A DNA stretch of 64,000 nucleotides from Rhodocytophaga aerolata (GCF_030503435.1 NZ_JAUKPO010000001.1:940766-1004765); one strand, 5' to 3'. Positions 41,195 to 51,808 are shown, counted from the first letter of the stretch. Notes: a model not told the origin generated them from the sequence alone. Made by a program: numbers and translations.

Positions 41195-42106
41195 TTATAA
41201 ATTTCTATTCTCCTCTTCATCCGGAAGAATATCAATATCCTGAATCAATACTTTTTTTGAAATTGCTTGTCCGGTAAGTGTGGCGGCAAGGCCTCCCAGT
41301 GCTGTTTCCTTGTATCGGCTTTCCATACTTTGTCCAATTTCTCCCAAAGCCATTACACATTCATCAACCGGGATTACCGGATTAACACCTGCCAACGCAA
41401 TTTGAGCCGATGAATAGGCAATAGCTGCCCCACTGGCATTCCGCACAATACAGGGAACTTCCACCAAGCCAGCTACCGGATCGCATACCAACCCCAGCAT
41501 GCATTGAATAGTAATAGCTACGGCTGCAAAAACCTCCTCAATACTTCCACCCAGACAATATACTACAGCCCCGGAACCCATCGCCGCCGCACTGCCAGTT
41601 TCGGCCTGGCAACCACCCACTGCACCGGCAAGTGAAGCATTCTGCTCTATTATTAGCGCTATTCCGGCTGCTACCAGCAAACCCTCTAAAATAGTTTGAT
41701 CTGGTAATTCATGTATTTCCTGAATGGTTGTAAGAATGCCCGGAAGTATCCCGGAGGCACCAGCTGTAGGCGCTGCTACAATTCTACCCATGCAGGAATT
41801 TACCTCTTTGGCAGCCAATGCCCGGGCAACGAGTTTCTGGAATTCAGGAGAAAGCACAGTTTTGGCCTTATAAACTTTTTTTGCTCCATTATTTACCATG
41901 CCGGAACGCGAAATCATATCTTCTTCCAGGCCTGTACGCACGGCATCTTTCATCACTTGATAGGCCTTTTGCATACCTTCCCATATCTGCTCTCTGTTAC
42001 GGCCTTTTTGCTCTATTTCATAGGTTAGTACCGGCTCAAAAAGAGGTTGCTTCTGCTCTTCACAGTACTGATGCCATTCTTTAAAACTATCAAATAATAG
42101 TGCCAT
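41195..42106 (-). CDS. sdaAA: L-serine dehydratase (Fe-S type) alpha-subunit-like protein
   Basis: 303 aa. GASGILPG and GGCQAE motifs of the SDH alpha family. No adjacent beta subunit. Confidence 0.65.
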   Translation of the reverse strand: MALLFDSFKEWHQYCEEQKQPLFEPVLTYEIEQKGRNREQIWEGMQKAYQVMKDAVRTGLEEDMISRSGMVNNGAKKVYKAKTVLSPEFQKLVARALAAKEVNSCMGRIVAAPTAGASGILPGILTTIQEIHELPDQTILEGLLVAAGIALIIEQNASLAGAVGGCQAETGSAAAMGSGAVVYCLGGSIEEVFAAVAITIQCMLGLVCDPVAGLVEVPCIVRNASGAAIAYSSAQIALAGVNPVIPVDECVMALGEIGQSMESRYKETALGGLAATLTGQAISKKVLIQDIDILPDEEENRNL

Positions 42107-42220
42107 AGGTTGGGGTATATAAGCTAACAGAACAAGGTTACAGATAAGCCATGGGCTTTGAAAATAAGTTGCTTCTGCTTATTCCTAAAGTTACGTATAA
42201 TCCCACAGTTACCGTAGAAA

Positions 42221-42260
42221 ACAAAACAGCTTATGCCAAATGCATAAGCTGTTTTGTTTT
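42221..42260. terminator. Palindromic bidirectional terminator
   Basis: aaaacagcttatgc-caaa-gcataagctgtttt with T/A runs on both sides. Confidence 0.7.
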
Positions 42261-42283
42261 GATTAAAAAAGTAATTAATTAAA

Positions 42284-42589
42284 CTAGGCCCTACGTTTTC
42301 TTGGATTCCTGGGCCGGTCATTATTTCTTGGATTGGTATCATCATCCTGGTCAGGGGTATTAGGTACCCGGTTAGGATGCATTATTTTCACATTGGCGGC
42401 AGGTGTATCCGGACCTTCGGTGTACTTATCGGCAATTTCATAATGTTCATCCAGATTTTCCAGATCGTTTACTGATTTTAAGCCTGCTTTGCTAGTACCT
42501 TCCCCGGATGGTTTACCTTTAGGTGGTACATATGTACCATTCGCATTCTTACCTATTACCACTTTGCTATCTTTATTATCTTTTCTCAT
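42284..42589 (-). CDS. Small basic/disordered hypothetical protein
   Basis: 101 aa. G/P/K/N/D-rich with a C-terminal RNPRKRRA tail. No domain recognised. Confidence 0.4.
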   Translation of the reverse strand: MRKDNKDSKVVIGKNANGTYVPPKGKPSGEGTSKAGLKSVNDLENLDEHYEIADKYTEGPDTPAANVKIMHPNRVPNTPDQDDDTNPRNNDRPRNPRKRRA

Positions 42590-42694
42590 AATTACCTCCT
42601 TAAAATTTAAATAACCTATTTAATAAGCCAGATAAAATATTTGGCTATATGCATTAATAAACTAATTGTCAGTTATATAGTTGAAAGTTGTTTT

Positions 42695-43957
42695 TTAATC
42701 AGCGTTTCCGGTGGCTCCTTCATTGGTAAATCCGCTACCTCCTTTACTACCGCCACTATTATTTAAACTATTATTTGCTGGGTTGTTTGCTGGATTTTCA
42801 TCCATCTTTTTCTCCCATCCAGATGAAGCATTGCTGGGGGCCGCAGATTTATTTTCCTGTCCGGACTGACCAGATGAACTTGCAACATCTTCATCTACGT
42901 GGCCAAATTCTTCTTCATTCGACCGGCCTTTCCGGGTGAGATTCCAGACCATACCGGCCACAGCCAAGCCTGCCGATAATCCCACTAATGCTTTTGAAAC
43001 ACTATTTTTCAACTGGCCGCCATTAGCATGCAAAGCTTCCGTAATAGCATTGCTGTTGTTTTCACTAGATGGCGTATATCCATAAGTATTAGCGAACCGG
43101 TTCTTAGCAGTATCGCCTTCCATAGAATGCTTCAGGTTAAGTTCACCTGCAGGTTCTGATTTCATAGAATCGTCAGCCATAGACCCAGTTGCACCTTTAT
43201 TAATTGTTACCCCTCCATCTACCGAGTAAAGTGAACCGGTAACATACGAAGCTTCATCGGATGCCAGAAACAAGTATACATTGGCTACTTCTTCAGGCGT
43301 ACCTCTTCTGCCCATAGGAGTTGCTTCTACTACCATTTTTTCCGTTTTTGTAGACATGGGCCCTGTTTCTTTATGAGTCCAGGCAGTGTCTATAGCACCT
43401 GGGCAAACTACATTAGCGCGTACGCCATATTGTGCTTGCTCTACAGCTACCCCTTTTATAAAAGCGTGAATAAATCCTTTGGTTCCTCCATACGGAGCAT
43501 TTTCAGCAATGCCCAAGAGGCCTGATTCAGAACCGGCAGAAACAATGTTGCCTTTTGTTTTTTGCAGGTGTGGAATGGCAAACTTTGTCATCATGAAGGT
43601 GCTCTGGATATTGTTTTTTACCAGATATTGGAATGCTTCTGTTGGGTAACTATCAATGGTTTCCATAACCGGAAATACACCAGCATTATTAATAAGAATA
43701 TCCAGTTTACCCCAGGTTTCTATAGCTGTTTCTACACACATTCTGGCATGTTCGGCCATCGAAATATCGCCTTTATAGGCAATAGCTGTTCCACCTTTAG
43801 CAGCTATTTCCTGAGCTACTGCCTCAACTGGGTCATCTGGAAAGCCACATACTACTACTTTTGCTCCATTTAAAGCAAATTTTTTGCAGATGGCTTCTCC
43901 TATTCCGGCACCGCCACCTGTAACAATGGCTACTTTGTTTTTTAATCGTTGTTCCAT
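42695..43957 (-). CDS. SDR-family oxidoreductase fused to a C-terminal TM anchor and N/S/G-rich tail
   Basis: TGGGAGIGEA Rossmann motif. NNAG. Catalytic YGGTK (YxxxK). Then about 170 extra residues including a TM segment (LVGLSAGLAVAGMVW) and an Asn-rich low-complexity end. Confidence 0.75.
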   Translation of the reverse strand: MEQRLKNKVAIVTGGGAGIGEAICKKFALNGAKVVVCGFPDDPVEAVAQEIAAKGGTAIAYKGDISMAEHARMCVETAIETWGKLDILINNAGVFPVMETIDSYPTEAFQYLVKNNIQSTFMMTKFAIPHLQKTKGNIVSAGSESGLLGIAENAPYGGTKGFIHAFIKGVAVEQAQYGVRANVVCPGAIDTAWTHKETGPMSTKTEKMVVEATPMGRRGTPEEVANVYLFLASDEASYVTGSLYSVDGGVTINKGATGSMADDSMKSEPAGELNLKHSMEGDTAKNRFANTYGYTPSSENNSNAITEALHANGGQLKNSVSKALVGLSAGLAVAGMVWNLTRKGRSNEEEFGHVDEDVASSSGQSGQENKSAAPSNASSGWEKKMDENPANNPANNSLNNSGGSKGGSGFTNEGATGNAD

Positions 43958-44324
43958 GGGTTTTAAGGTGTTTGTACTATCAATTATAAATATTTATATA
44001 TGAACTTGTTTAACAAGTAGAAAAACTAATACAAGTCCATACTATTTTCTCAAAAGCAGTATTATCCTGCCTGCTACCTAATAAAGGGCATATAGTATTG
44101 TCTTTGCAAAGCAAAATTTCATTTATGGTAACGTAATTACAAAGCATAGGTTAGACATTAGTTTGTAAAAAATTTAAATACTGCCAACTCCTGCTATTAT
44201 TCATTTTCATTATTTTCAAAACAAATCAGTAAAATATACTTATTAAGTACTTGTTTAGTAGATAGTCTGTTTTATAATCCTTACGTGATATTTTACGTAC
44301 TAAGAACATTGCCAAATTGGATCT

Positions 44325-45227
44325 ATGAACAACCTGTATGATGTGATAATTGCCGGTGGCGGCCCTGCCGGATTAAGTGCGGCTCTGGTGCTGGGAAGGT
44401 GTTTACGAAAAGTACTTATCTGTGATGTTGGAGAATACCGCAATGCCAGTTCAAATGCTTCCTGGGGATTTTTTACCAGAGATGGCACACCTCCTCACGA
44501 ACTCATCCGCCTTGGCCGGGAACAATTAAAGCCCTATGATGTGGATTTCCTTCCGGTAAGGATAACAACCGCCCGAAAAACAACTACCTATTTTGAAATA
44601 GAAACGGAAGATGGCAACCGCTACACAAGCCGCCGTTTTCTGATCGCCACTGGTGTCAAAGATTTTTTACCAGAAGTACGGGACATTGAAAAATATTATG
44701 GAAAAAGTGTACATCATTGCCCTTACTGTGATGGCTGGCAGGTACGGCATCAGCCACTAGTAGCGTATGGCAAAGGCCGGGTAGCGGTAGGATTAGCTCT
44801 ATCGCTGAAAACCTGGAGTGCTGATGTAACTTTAGTAACAGATGGAAAAAATAAGCTTCAGCTAGAAGATATGGATCGGCTGGAGCGGAATGAAGTAAAG
44901 ATAAAATGTGAAAGAATAGCCAGGCTGGAAGGCACAGTACCCAAACTGGAAGCCATTCACTTTAGTGATGGAATCTCTATACCATGCAAAGCTATTTTCT
45001 TCAACTTAAGTTTTATTCAACAATCCGACCTATCTAAACAATTAGGATGCAGCTTTTCTGGCAAAGGCATGGTTAAAACGGATGGACAACAGCAAACCTC
45101 AGTTAAAGGAGTGTATGCGGCTGGTGACGTAGACCATGATTTGCAACAAGTAGTAGTAGCCGCAGCGGAAGGAACCAAAGCTGCTATCAATATCAACAAA
45201 AGTTTGCAGGAAGAAGACAGAAAGTAG
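44325..45227 (+). CDS. FAD/NAD(P)-dependent oxidoreductase, thioredoxin-reductase-like
   Basis: DVIIAGGGPAGLSAA FAD motif. CPYCDG redox CxxC. A second dinucleotide motif. Confidence 0.75.
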   Translation: MNNLYDVIIAGGGPAGLSAALVLGRCLRKVLICDVGEYRNASSNASWGFFTRDGTPPHELIRLGREQLKPYDVDFLPVRITTARKTTTYFEIETEDGNRYTSRRFLIATGVKDFLPEVRDIEKYYGKSVHHCPYCDGWQVRHQPLVAYGKGRVAVGLALSLKTWSADVTLVTDGKNKLQLEDMDRLERNEVKIKCERIARLEGTVPKLEAIHFSDGISIPCKAIFFNLSFIQQSDLSKQLGCSFSGKGMVKTDGQQQTSVKGVYAAGDVDHDLQQVVVAAAEGTKAAININKSLQEEDRK

Positions 45228-45331
45228 CCGTATTGATATGGATCACTGTTTTCTATTATAAATATCATCCTTTGTAGCTATCTGGCGGCCTACCTTTGCA
45301 ACTGTTCACCCATTGTTGCCATTAAACGCAT

Positions 45332-46699
45332 ATGTTGCTACAGGAAGAATTAATTCAAAAATACAATGTACCTGCTCCACGGTATACCAGCTACCCTACG
45401 GTACCTTATTGGAATGATCAAAAGCCTACTGAACGGGACTGGTTCAAGGCGGTAAAACGTACTTTCGATGCTACGAACACAACCAAAGGAATTAGTTTAT
45501 ATGTTCATCTGCCTTTCTGCGAAAGCTTATGTACCTATTGTGGATGCAATACGCGTATTACCAGAAACCATCAGGTAGAGCCCAAATACATAAAAGCTAT
45601 CCTGGCAGAATGGCAATTATATGTTGACCAGCTGGGCAGCTGGCCTATTATCCGGGAGTTGCATCTGGGGGGTGGTACGCCTACTTTCTTTAGTCCTGAA
45701 AACCTGGCATTTTTGCTAAATGGCTTATTTGATAAGGCCGACATTCATCCGGAACATGAGTTTAGTTTTGAAGGACATCCCAATAACACCACCGCTGCTC
45801 ATTTACAAACCTTATATGACCTGGGTTTTCGCAGAGTAAGTTATGGTATTCAGGATTTTGATGAGAAAGTACAAAAAGCCATCAACCGGATACAACCTTA
45901 TGCAAATGTGGAAAGAGCTACCCAGGAAGCACGTAAAATTGGTTATGAATCTGTTAACTTCGACCTGGTATATGGCCTGCCTTTCCAGACCCAGGAAAGC
46001 ATAGCCCGTACGCTGGAATATGTAGCTCAGCTAAAACCAGACCGGATTGCTTTTTATAGTTATGCTCATGTGCCCTGGCTTAAGCCCGGCCAGAGAGGGT
46101 ATGATGAAAAAGATTTACCAGTAGATGCAGAAAAAAGAGCTTTATATGAATTAGGTTTAGAAAAATTTACCCAGCTAGGGTATACTGATATTGGCATGGA
46201 CCATTTTGCTCTACCAACGGATGCTCTGTATAAAGCCATGCAGCACAAAACTCTACACCGCAACTTTATGGGGTATACTACCTGTGCTACAGACCTACTT
46301 ATCGGCTTGGGTACTTCTGCGATTAGTGATGCCGGGAATGCCTATTTACAGAATGTTAAAAAAGTAGAAGAATACCAGCAAGCAGTATTTTCCGGAGAGT
46401 TACCCATATTAAAAGGGCATTTACTTACCAAACAAGATTCCGTAATCAAGCAACTAATATTACAGATTATTTGCAAAGGCGAAGTAAACTGGACACCCGG
46501 CTTCTGGTATTCGCTGGAGCCTGAAGCCCGGGCAGAACTAGCCGCAATGAAGAAAGAAGGGTTACTTAGGCTTACAGAAGAAGGGTTGTGGGTGACGCCA
46601 CTCGGTAAAACGTTTGTCCGGAATATCTGTATGGTGTTTGATGTACTGCACCGAAAAAAGGCAAATCAAACCAAGCAGCTATTCAGCAAGGCAATTTAA
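45332..46699 (+). CDS. hemN: Oxygen-independent coproporphyrinogen III oxidase (radical SAM)
   Basis: 455 aa. CESLCTYCGC radical-SAM motif. HemN C-terminal domain. Confidence 0.85.
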   Translation: MLLQEELIQKYNVPAPRYTSYPTVPYWNDQKPTERDWFKAVKRTFDATNTTKGISLYVHLPFCESLCTYCGCNTRITRNHQVEPKYIKAILAEWQLYVDQLGSWPIIRELHLGGGTPTFFSPENLAFLLNGLFDKADIHPEHEFSFEGHPNNTTAAHLQTLYDLGFRRVSYGIQDFDEKVQKAINRIQPYANVERATQEARKIGYESVNFDLVYGLPFQTQESIARTLEYVAQLKPDRIAFYSYAHVPWLKPGQRGYDEKDLPVDAEKRALYELGLEKFTQLGYTDIGMDHFALPTDALYKAMQHKTLHRNFMGYTTCATDLLIGLGTSAISDAGNAYLQNVKKVEEYQQAVFSGELPILKGHLLTKQDSVIKQLILQIICKGEVNWTPGFWYSLEPEARAELAAMKKEGLLRLTEEGLWVTPLGKTFVRNICMVFDVLHRKKANQTKQLFSKAI

Positions 46700-46872
46700 G
46701 TATATTCATTTTCGTAAACAGACCCATAACTTGTGCAGTAGGGCTCAAGTCATGGGTCTGTTTGCTTTTTATAAGTCTTCAAAACTGACCAATATCATTT
46801 TTTTGTCTGATGGCAGTCATGAGAAAAAAAGCTAGTAAAGCCCATTTTTACAGCTGAAATACAAAAGTTCCT

Positions 46873-47220
46873 ATGTCTATATCAACCAGTAAACCTACTT
46901 TTCTTCAACGCCTGAAAATGAAATGGGGTGTTGAATCTGCCCTACAGGTATTATTAATTTTTATTGTATTCAGCTTGGCCGGAAGCACAGCTGTTCTGTT
47001 GCGCAAATCCTTTTTTTCGCTCATCGGGTTTGATGGCTATACAGCCTTCTGGCTAAAAACAGTTGTATACATTCTCTTTTTATTTCCTACTTACCAGCTG
47101 TTGCTACTTGTTTACGGTACGTTATTCGGGCAGTTTAAATTTTTCTGGGCCAAAGAACGCAAGATGCTGCTGGCTGTACGGAAAGCATTTGCAAGCCGGG
47201 AAACAGACGGAAGAAATTAA
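46873..47220 (+). CDS. Small membrane protein, unknown function
   Basis: 115 aa with two or three TM segments. Immediately upstream of ccoI. Confidence 0.4.
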   Translation: MSISTSKPTFLQRLKMKWGVESALQVLLIFIVFSLAGSTAVLLRKSFFSLIGFDGYTAFWLKTVVYILFLFPTYQLLLLVYGTLFGQFKFFWAKERKMLLAVRKAFASRETDGRN

Positions 47221-47309
47221 CCAATTTGAAAATTTGGGATGAGGAAGTTTCAAACCAACAGTTAATCCTTTTCCCATTTTTCAAATCATCACATTTCAAA
47301 TTATTCACC

Positions 47310-49718
47310 ATGGAAGCACTGATTGCCGAAGATATAAAATGCCAGCACTGTGGAGATACCTGTCCGGATACCCATATTCATCAGGATACTGATAAATTTT
47401 TCTGCTGCGAGGGATGTAAAACGGTGTACGAGATATTGTCGCAAAACGGCATGTGTTCATACTATGATCTGGACAAAAATCCAGGCATTAGCCTGAAGGG
47501 AAAGAGTTTTGGTACCCGTTATGCCTTCTTAAACAATCAGGAAATAGCAAAGCCGCTGTTGGACTATGCCAGTGAAAATCTTTGCAAAATAACATTACAT
47601 ATTCCGGCTATTCATTGTAGTTCCTGCATATGGCTGCTGGAAAATCTATACAAACTACGGGAAGGAATTACCATGTCGCGAGTGAATTTTATGAAGAAAG
47701 AACTCGCCCTTGGTTTCGACCCAACAATCATCAGCTTGCAGCAACTGGTAGAATTGCTGGCAACTCTGGGCTATGCACCTCAGATAAGCCTGGAGGAATA
47801 TAGCCATAAAGCACAACGAAAAGCGAATAATGGCATTTTCTTAAAAATTGGCATAGTTGGCTTTTGTACCGGCAATGTTATGCTGCTGAGTTTCCCAGAA
47901 TACTTCGGCCTGGATTATGTAATGGAGGGGGAGCTAAAACACTATTTTACCTGGCTCAATGTCCTGCTTACATTGCCTGTGATTTTTTATGGTGCTTCCG
48001 GTTATTTTATATCTGCTTATAAATCGCTTAAAGAAAAAGTAATTAACCTGGATGTACCGATTTCTATAGGTGTTTCAGCACTGTTTATCAGAAGTGCCTA
48101 TGAAACTTTTACAGCTACCGGACCTGGCTATTGGGATAGCCTTTGTGGACTGGTATTTTTTCTGTTGATCGGTAAATGGTTGCAGCATAAAACCTACGAA
48201 AATCTATCCTTTGAACGGAACTACAAATCATATTTTCCACTGGCAGCAGCCGTAGTAAAAGATGGCAAAGAAGAAAGTATGCCAGTATCCCAATTGCAAC
48301 CCGGCGACAAAATCTTAATCCGCAACCAGGAGCTGATTCCAGCAGATAGTTTATTGCTGAGTGGCCAGGCATGGATAGATTATAGTTTTGTTACTGGCGA
48401 GTCGCAACCAGTAGAAAAAAAAGCAGGAGAATATATTTACGCCGGTGGCAGGCAAATAGGAACACAGATAGAACTTACTGTACAAAAGCCTGTCTCGCAG
48501 AGTTATCTTACCCAGTTATGGAACAACGAGACTTTTGCCAAGGAAAAGATTACACCTGTTACAAAACTAGCCTCTAACTTTAGTAAGTATTTCACTTATA
48601 TAACTATATCCATAGCTCTGCTGGCAGCAACCTTCTGGTATTTTACTGACCAGTCGGTTATATGGAATGCGTTTACGGCGGTATTGATTGTGGCTTGCCC
48701 TTGTGCCTTAACACTATCTATGCCTTTTACTATGGAGAATACCATGCGTATTTTTGGCAAAAATGGAGTTTATGTAAAAAATCCCGGGGTTATTCAGCAT
48801 CTGGCTACTATCACGCATGTGGTATTCGACAAAACCGGCACCCTTACTCATGATAATAAAGCCAGCATTACGTTTATTGGCAACCCGCTGACTGCAGAAG
48901 AAAAACAGTTGATTAAAGCTGTTGCAAGTCAATCTACTCATCCGCTAAGCCGCAAAATCAATAGGTATTTAGGAAAGACACCCTCTGTCCCTGTAAGAAA
49001 TTATTATGAAACCACTGGCGCAGGCATAGAAGGGATAGTACAGGATACGTATGTACGTATAGGTTCCGGAAACTATGTTGGCATAGAAGAGACCCCTGAT
49101 ACTGTTAAAGCAACCTCCAGAGTGTATGTGTCTATAAACTATGCCTATAAAGGATATTTCGAATTACAAAACCAGTACCGCACTGGCTTTGCTGATGTAT
49201 TGAATAAACTTAAATCAAGGCTTAAGCTCTCGTTGCTTTCTGGCGACCATGTGGTGGATTTGCCTGTACTGCTGCCTGTGTTTGAACAAAGAAAGAATTT
49301 GCATTTTGAGCAAAGCCCGGCTGACAAGTTGCAATACATCCAGAAACTGCAAACTCAGGGCGACCATGTACTTATGATAGGCGATGGTTTAAATGATGCA
49401 GGAGCACTAAAGCAAAGTGATGTGGGCATGGTGCTTACCGAAGATGTACATGCTTTCTTCCCGGCTTGCGATGTACTGGTGGATGCCCGCAATTTCAACC
49501 GGCTGGATAATTTTATCCGGTTCAGCCGGACCAGTGTAAATATTGTAAAAGCAAGTTTTCTGCTTTCCCTGGTCTATAATTTCATTGGTGTAGGGTTGGC
49601 TGCAGCCGGTCAGTTGTCGCCGGTGTTTGCTGCCTTGTTTATGCCGCTTAGTTCTATGTCCGTAGTAGCATTTGCGGTAGGTATGAGTAGTTTATTTGCC
49701 CAGTGGAGAAAGTTGTAA
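47310..49718 (+). CDS. ccoI: Copper-translocating P1B-type ATPase CcoI/FixI for cbb3 oxidase maturation
   Basis: N-terminal CQHCGDTC metal-binding site. CPC transmembrane motif (ACPCAL). DKTGT phosphorylation site. GDGLND hinge. The track ORF starts at TTG 47226; ATG 47310 is preferred. Confidence 0.85.
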   Translation: MEALIAEDIKCQHCGDTCPDTHIHQDTDKFFCCEGCKTVYEILSQNGMCSYYDLDKNPGISLKGKSFGTRYAFLNNQEIAKPLLDYASENLCKITLHIPAIHCSSCIWLLENLYKLREGITMSRVNFMKKELALGFDPTIISLQQLVELLATLGYAPQISLEEYSHKAQRKANNGIFLKIGIVGFCTGNVMLLSFPEYFGLDYVMEGELKHYFTWLNVLLTLPVIFYGASGYFISAYKSLKEKVINLDVPISIGVSALFIRSAYETFTATGPGYWDSLCGLVFFLLIGKWLQHKTYENLSFERNYKSYFPLAAAVVKDGKEESMPVSQLQPGDKILIRNQELIPADSLLLSGQAWIDYSFVTGESQPVEKKAGEYIYAGGRQIGTQIELTVQKPVSQSYLTQLWNNETFAKEKITPVTKLASNFSKYFTYITISIALLAATFWYFTDQSVIWNAFTAVLIVACPCALTLSMPFTMENTMRIFGKNGVYVKNPGVIQHLATITHVVFDKTGTLTHDNKASITFIGNPLTAEEKQLIKAVASQSTHPLSRKINRYLGKTPSVPVRNYYETTGAGIEGIVQDTYVRIGSGNYVGIEETPDTVKATSRVYVSINYAYKGYFELQNQYRTGFADVLNKLKSRLKLSLLSGDHVVDLPVLLPVFEQRKNLHFEQSPADKLQYIQKLQTQGDHVLMIGDGLNDAGALKQSDVGMVLTEDVHAFFPACDVLVDARNFNRLDNFIRFSRTSVNIVKASFLLSLVYNFIGVGLAAAGQLSPVFAALFMPLSSMSVVAFAVGMSSLFAQWRKL

Positions 49719-49810
49719 GAAAGGTATTATCCTGTTAACATGCAGATACAACCACTACTTGAAAAACTATTTCAAAATTCATTTGTCATTCATTAGTAAC
49801 TATTATTCCC

Positions 49811-49990
49811 ATGTCTGTTATTTTAGTTTTAGTCACATTAAGCATGCTTGTAGCTGGAAGTTTTCTGGGAGCTTTTATTTGGGCTATGAAAAGCGGACAG
49901 TATGAAGATACGTTTTCCCCTTCTGTACGCATGTTGTTTGAAGAAAAGACGGAAGAAGATACAGCGCCTAAAAAAGGGCTCAAAAAATAA
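49811..49990 (+). CDS. ccoS: cbb3-type cytochrome oxidase assembly protein CcoS (59 aa, absent from ORF track)
   Basis: MSVILVLVTLSMLVAGSFLGAFIWAMKSGQYEDTFSPSVRMLFEE... matches the CcoS/FixS consensus (single TM plus SGQYDD box). It is in the expected position after ccoI. Confidence 0.8.
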   Translation: MSVILVLVTLSMLVAGSFLGAFIWAMKSGQYEDTFSPSVRMLFEEKTEEDTAPKKGLKK

Positions 49991-50129
49991 ATCTTTAGGC
50001 AGCTTAAGAACACAGGCTACAGAGGAATCAGTGTGGTGGGGAAATTAGCAATTTGTATACCTCGTCTGCCATTTATTAAGCATCCATTTTCACCTGATAA
50101 TTTATTCTTTTCTTAATCTACAAACCTTT

Positions 50130-50876
50130 ATGATTATACTTGCCTTTTTCCTGGCTCATTGGTACCTGTCGTTGTTTGCGCAAACTTTCTTTCTACACCG
50201 CTATGCAGCACATCAAATGTTTACCATGAATAAAACCTGGGAAAAAATATTCTACATTCTTACGTTCATCTTCCAGGGTTCTTCCTTTTTAAGTCCGCGG
50301 GCGTATGGCATTATGCACCGCCTGCACCATGCCTATGCTGATACGGAAAATGATCCCCACTCTCCGCGTTACTCCGACAACCTGTTCGATATGATGTGGA
50401 AGACCAAAAGTATTTACAATGATATCTTAAAAGACAAAGCTAAATTTGATAAGAAGTTTTATAAGAATATACCCAACTGGCAATTTATGGAACGCCTGGG
50501 TGATACTTGGGCAGTTCGGGTAGGCTGGGGCGTTTTGTAATCTCTTTTCTATATTCAGTTTGCTACCGAGTGGTGGATGTTTTTATTACTGCCTATACAT
50601 TTCTTTATGGGGCCTGTGCATGGGGCCATTATTAATTGGTTTGCTCATAAGTTTGGCTATGTAAATTACAAAGTTGGCGATACAGCCAAAAACCTGTTGC
50701 CATTCGACTTTTTAATGATGGGCGAAAGCTACCATAACAACCATCATAAATTTGGAGGCAGGGCAAATTTTGGCATTAAGTGGCATGAATTTGATCCAAC
50801 GTATCCGGTCATCCTGCTGCTCAATAGCCTGAAAGTAATTAAACTCAAAAAGAATAATGACTTAATATATATGTAA
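50130..50876 (+). pseudogene. Acyl-lipid/acyl-CoA fatty-acid desaturase interrupted by an in-frame TAA (50538-50540)
   Basis: His boxes HRYAAH and HRLHH sit in the 5' part. HNNHH sits in the 3' part. Both parts are in the same reading frame, separated only by a TAA. Confidence 0.65.
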
Positions 50877-50941
50877 TAAGCAAAAGGCAGAAGTTATACT
50901 ACGGCTTTTTGCTTTCTTGTTCAACTCAAAACGACGGCATC

Positions 50942-51808
50942 ATGCAGAAGCATAGCTTAGTATATTTTACACTGTTGGCCTACCTCCTTTCCTGGCTGGT
51001 ATGGTTACTATTGTATTTGCCTTACTTTGGTATATCTGTTCTCCCTGTGCTTCCTTACCATCATGCATTAGGAGCCATAGGTCCCATTGCAGCGGCGTTT
51101 ATTGTAACCTACCACTTCCATGGAAAGGAAGCAACTAAAGAGTTAGCTTCCAGAGTAGTTAAGTGGAATGTGCCCGTAAAATGGCATATACTTGTATGAG
51201 TTAGTCCATTTGTTATGCTGTTAGGCGCAGCTTGCCTTGTATACATGCAGGAAGGAGAGTTCATCCAGTGGAGAGATCTGTTTACCTCCCGTGAGTTTCC
51301 TTATATGTCTTTTGGCGTATTTGTGCTTTATAACCTGTTTACTTTCGGATTCGGAGAAGAGACTGGCTGGTGTGGATTTGCCTTGCCTCGGCTACAAGCC
51401 AACTATAATTCATGGTGGGCCACTGTTATTCTGACGGGTATATGGGCGGGGTGGCACATTCCTTTGTTTCTTTACCGGCCAGGCTATGTTAGCATGGATA
51501 TAGCCGGCATTTTTGGCTGGGGACTTAGCTTACTGACAGGAAGTTTTTTATTATCCTGGTTTTATAATTCGTCCGGTGGTAGTATTCTTATTGTAAGTAT
51601 TTTTCATGCTACCATTGATCTTGCCTTCACATCCAAAGCTTCGGATGGCAATGTTACCATGTATATGGGAATGTTTATCACTATGTGGGCTATTAGTGTT
51701 ATCGGGATACAAAGGTTTTACTCTGTTAAAGTAAAAAGCAGTTCTCTGCCCCCAACCACCACGCGTAAGGATGCTAAGGATACTACTCAGCACTATGAAT
51801 ATCAGTAG
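50942..51808 (+). pseudogene. CPBP-family (CAAX) intramembrane protease interrupted by an in-frame TGA (51197-51199)
   Basis: FGEETGWCGFALPRLQ (EExxxR motif) and FHATIDL (His motif) lie downstream of the stop. The N-terminal TM segments lie upstream, in the same frame. The local reading is KWHILV*VSPFVM. Confidence 0.6.

Noticed and set aside
51197-51199. In-frame TGA as selenocysteine or Trp recoding
   Set aside because: CPBP proteases are not selenoproteins. No SECIS-like hairpin is evident downstream. The rest of the window uses TGA as a normal stop, which argues against a TGA=Trp code. A nonsense mutation or a sequencing error is more parsimonious.
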